From: Thermoanaerobaculia bacterium
GTDB lineage: Bacteria; Acidobacteriota; Thermoanaerobaculia; Multivoradales; UBA5704
Length of the DNA: 64,000 nt
Direction of reading: 5' to 3'
Assembly (NCBI GenBank): GCA_035536935.1
Contig: DATLNC010000143.1
Location: 2,240 to 66,239 of the forward strand
Shown: piece after piece, positions 63,531-64,000 of the stretch
Numbering within the stretch: position 1 is the first letter of the stretch
Layout: every line of letters begins with the position of its first letter
Made by a program: the position numbers and the translations under genes
Notes under the pieces: model-generated
The model's input: only the letters and a program-made list of their open reading frames with translations
Database searches by the model: none
Told to the model about the DNA's origin: nothing

Positions 63531-64000
63531 ATGAATACGAGCAACACCCTTCAGCACGAGATTCCCCCGCCGGCCGACTTCGTCGACCGGCCCAACTATC
63601 TCAATGTGGCCTACGGCCTGAAGTCGTGGCTCCTCACCCGGGACCACAAGCGGATCGCGATCCTCTACATGATCTCGGTCACGGTCTTCTTCGCCCTGGG
63701 GAGCCTGTTCGCCCTGCTGATCCGTCTCGAGCTGCTGACGCCCGAGGGCGACCTGATGCAGCCGGACACCTACAACCGCGTCTTCACCATGCACGGCGTG
63801 GTGATGGTCTTCTTCTTCCTGATCCCGGCGATCCCGGCGGTGCTGGGCAACTTCCTCGTGCCGCTGATGATCGGCGCCAAGGACCTCGCCTTCCCCAAGC
63901 TCAACCTGGCGAGCTGGTACGTCTACAACCTGGGCGGCATCTTCACTTTGTGGGCGATCTTCAACGGCGGCGTGGACACGGGCTGGACCTTCTACACGCC
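63531..64000 (+). CDS. ctaD: cytochrome c oxidase subunit I, 5' partial (continues beyond window)
   Basis: It is not in the ORF track because there is no stop in the window. My translation from ATG 63531 gives [47 protein letters not shown]...[39 protein letters not shown], which is typical of subunit I. It starts 2 nt after the coxB stop. Confidence 0.9.
   Translation, partial: MNTSNTLQHEIPPPADFVDRPNYLNVAYGLKSWLLTRDHKRIAILYMISVTVFFALGSLFALLIRLELLTPEGDLMQPDTYNRVFTMHGVVMVFFFLIPAIPAVLGNFLVPLMIGAKDLAFPKLNLASWYVYNLGGIFTLWAIFNGGVDTGWTFYT

Overview
High-G+C bacterial chromosomal segment. By eye it is about two-thirds G+C. The gene content looks like Acidobacteriota or similar organisms, but that is inference only.

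Aerobic respiration dominates the window:
- 38-5169: an orphan heme-copper oxidase subunit I with SCO, an ABC transporter and heme O synthase.
- 11003-17867: a Rieske/split-cytochrome-b complex operon with an octaheme cytochrome c and a cupredoxin-like lipoprotein.
- 53203-64000: a complete alternative complex III (actABCDEF plus a small membrane protein) followed by SCO, coxB (caa3-type) and a second coxA that runs off the window.

Accessory-looking blocks lie between these clusters:
- Two paralogous soluble TPR proteins bracket a small secreted-peptide gene.
- Two PIN-type toxin-antitoxin pairs sit next to a relic copy of a neighbouring gene's 3' end.
- A glutamine-synthetase-like/ALDH/SDR catabolic trio.
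- A di-heme DUF1111 protein and a beta-lactamase-family hydrolase.
- A FecI/FecR/TonB-receptor module.
- A HipA-like kinase/DUF3037 pair.
- c-di-GMP and two-component signalling genes, and an HtrA protease.

The most unusual gene cluster is 28180-37690. It is a translationally coupled operon encoding an output-less CHASE2 sensor, a signal-peptide-bearing C14 caspase, a TPR-CHAT lipoprotein, a secreted PPC-domain protein and a small lipoprotein.

Four intergenic regions carry degenerate tandem-repeat arrays phased at 20, 21 or 40 bp. Each has its own consensus, and no annotated feature type explains them.

I found no rRNA, tRNA, CRISPR array, transposase or integrase. All calls rest on reading the translated ORFs and the DNA. 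No database search was run.
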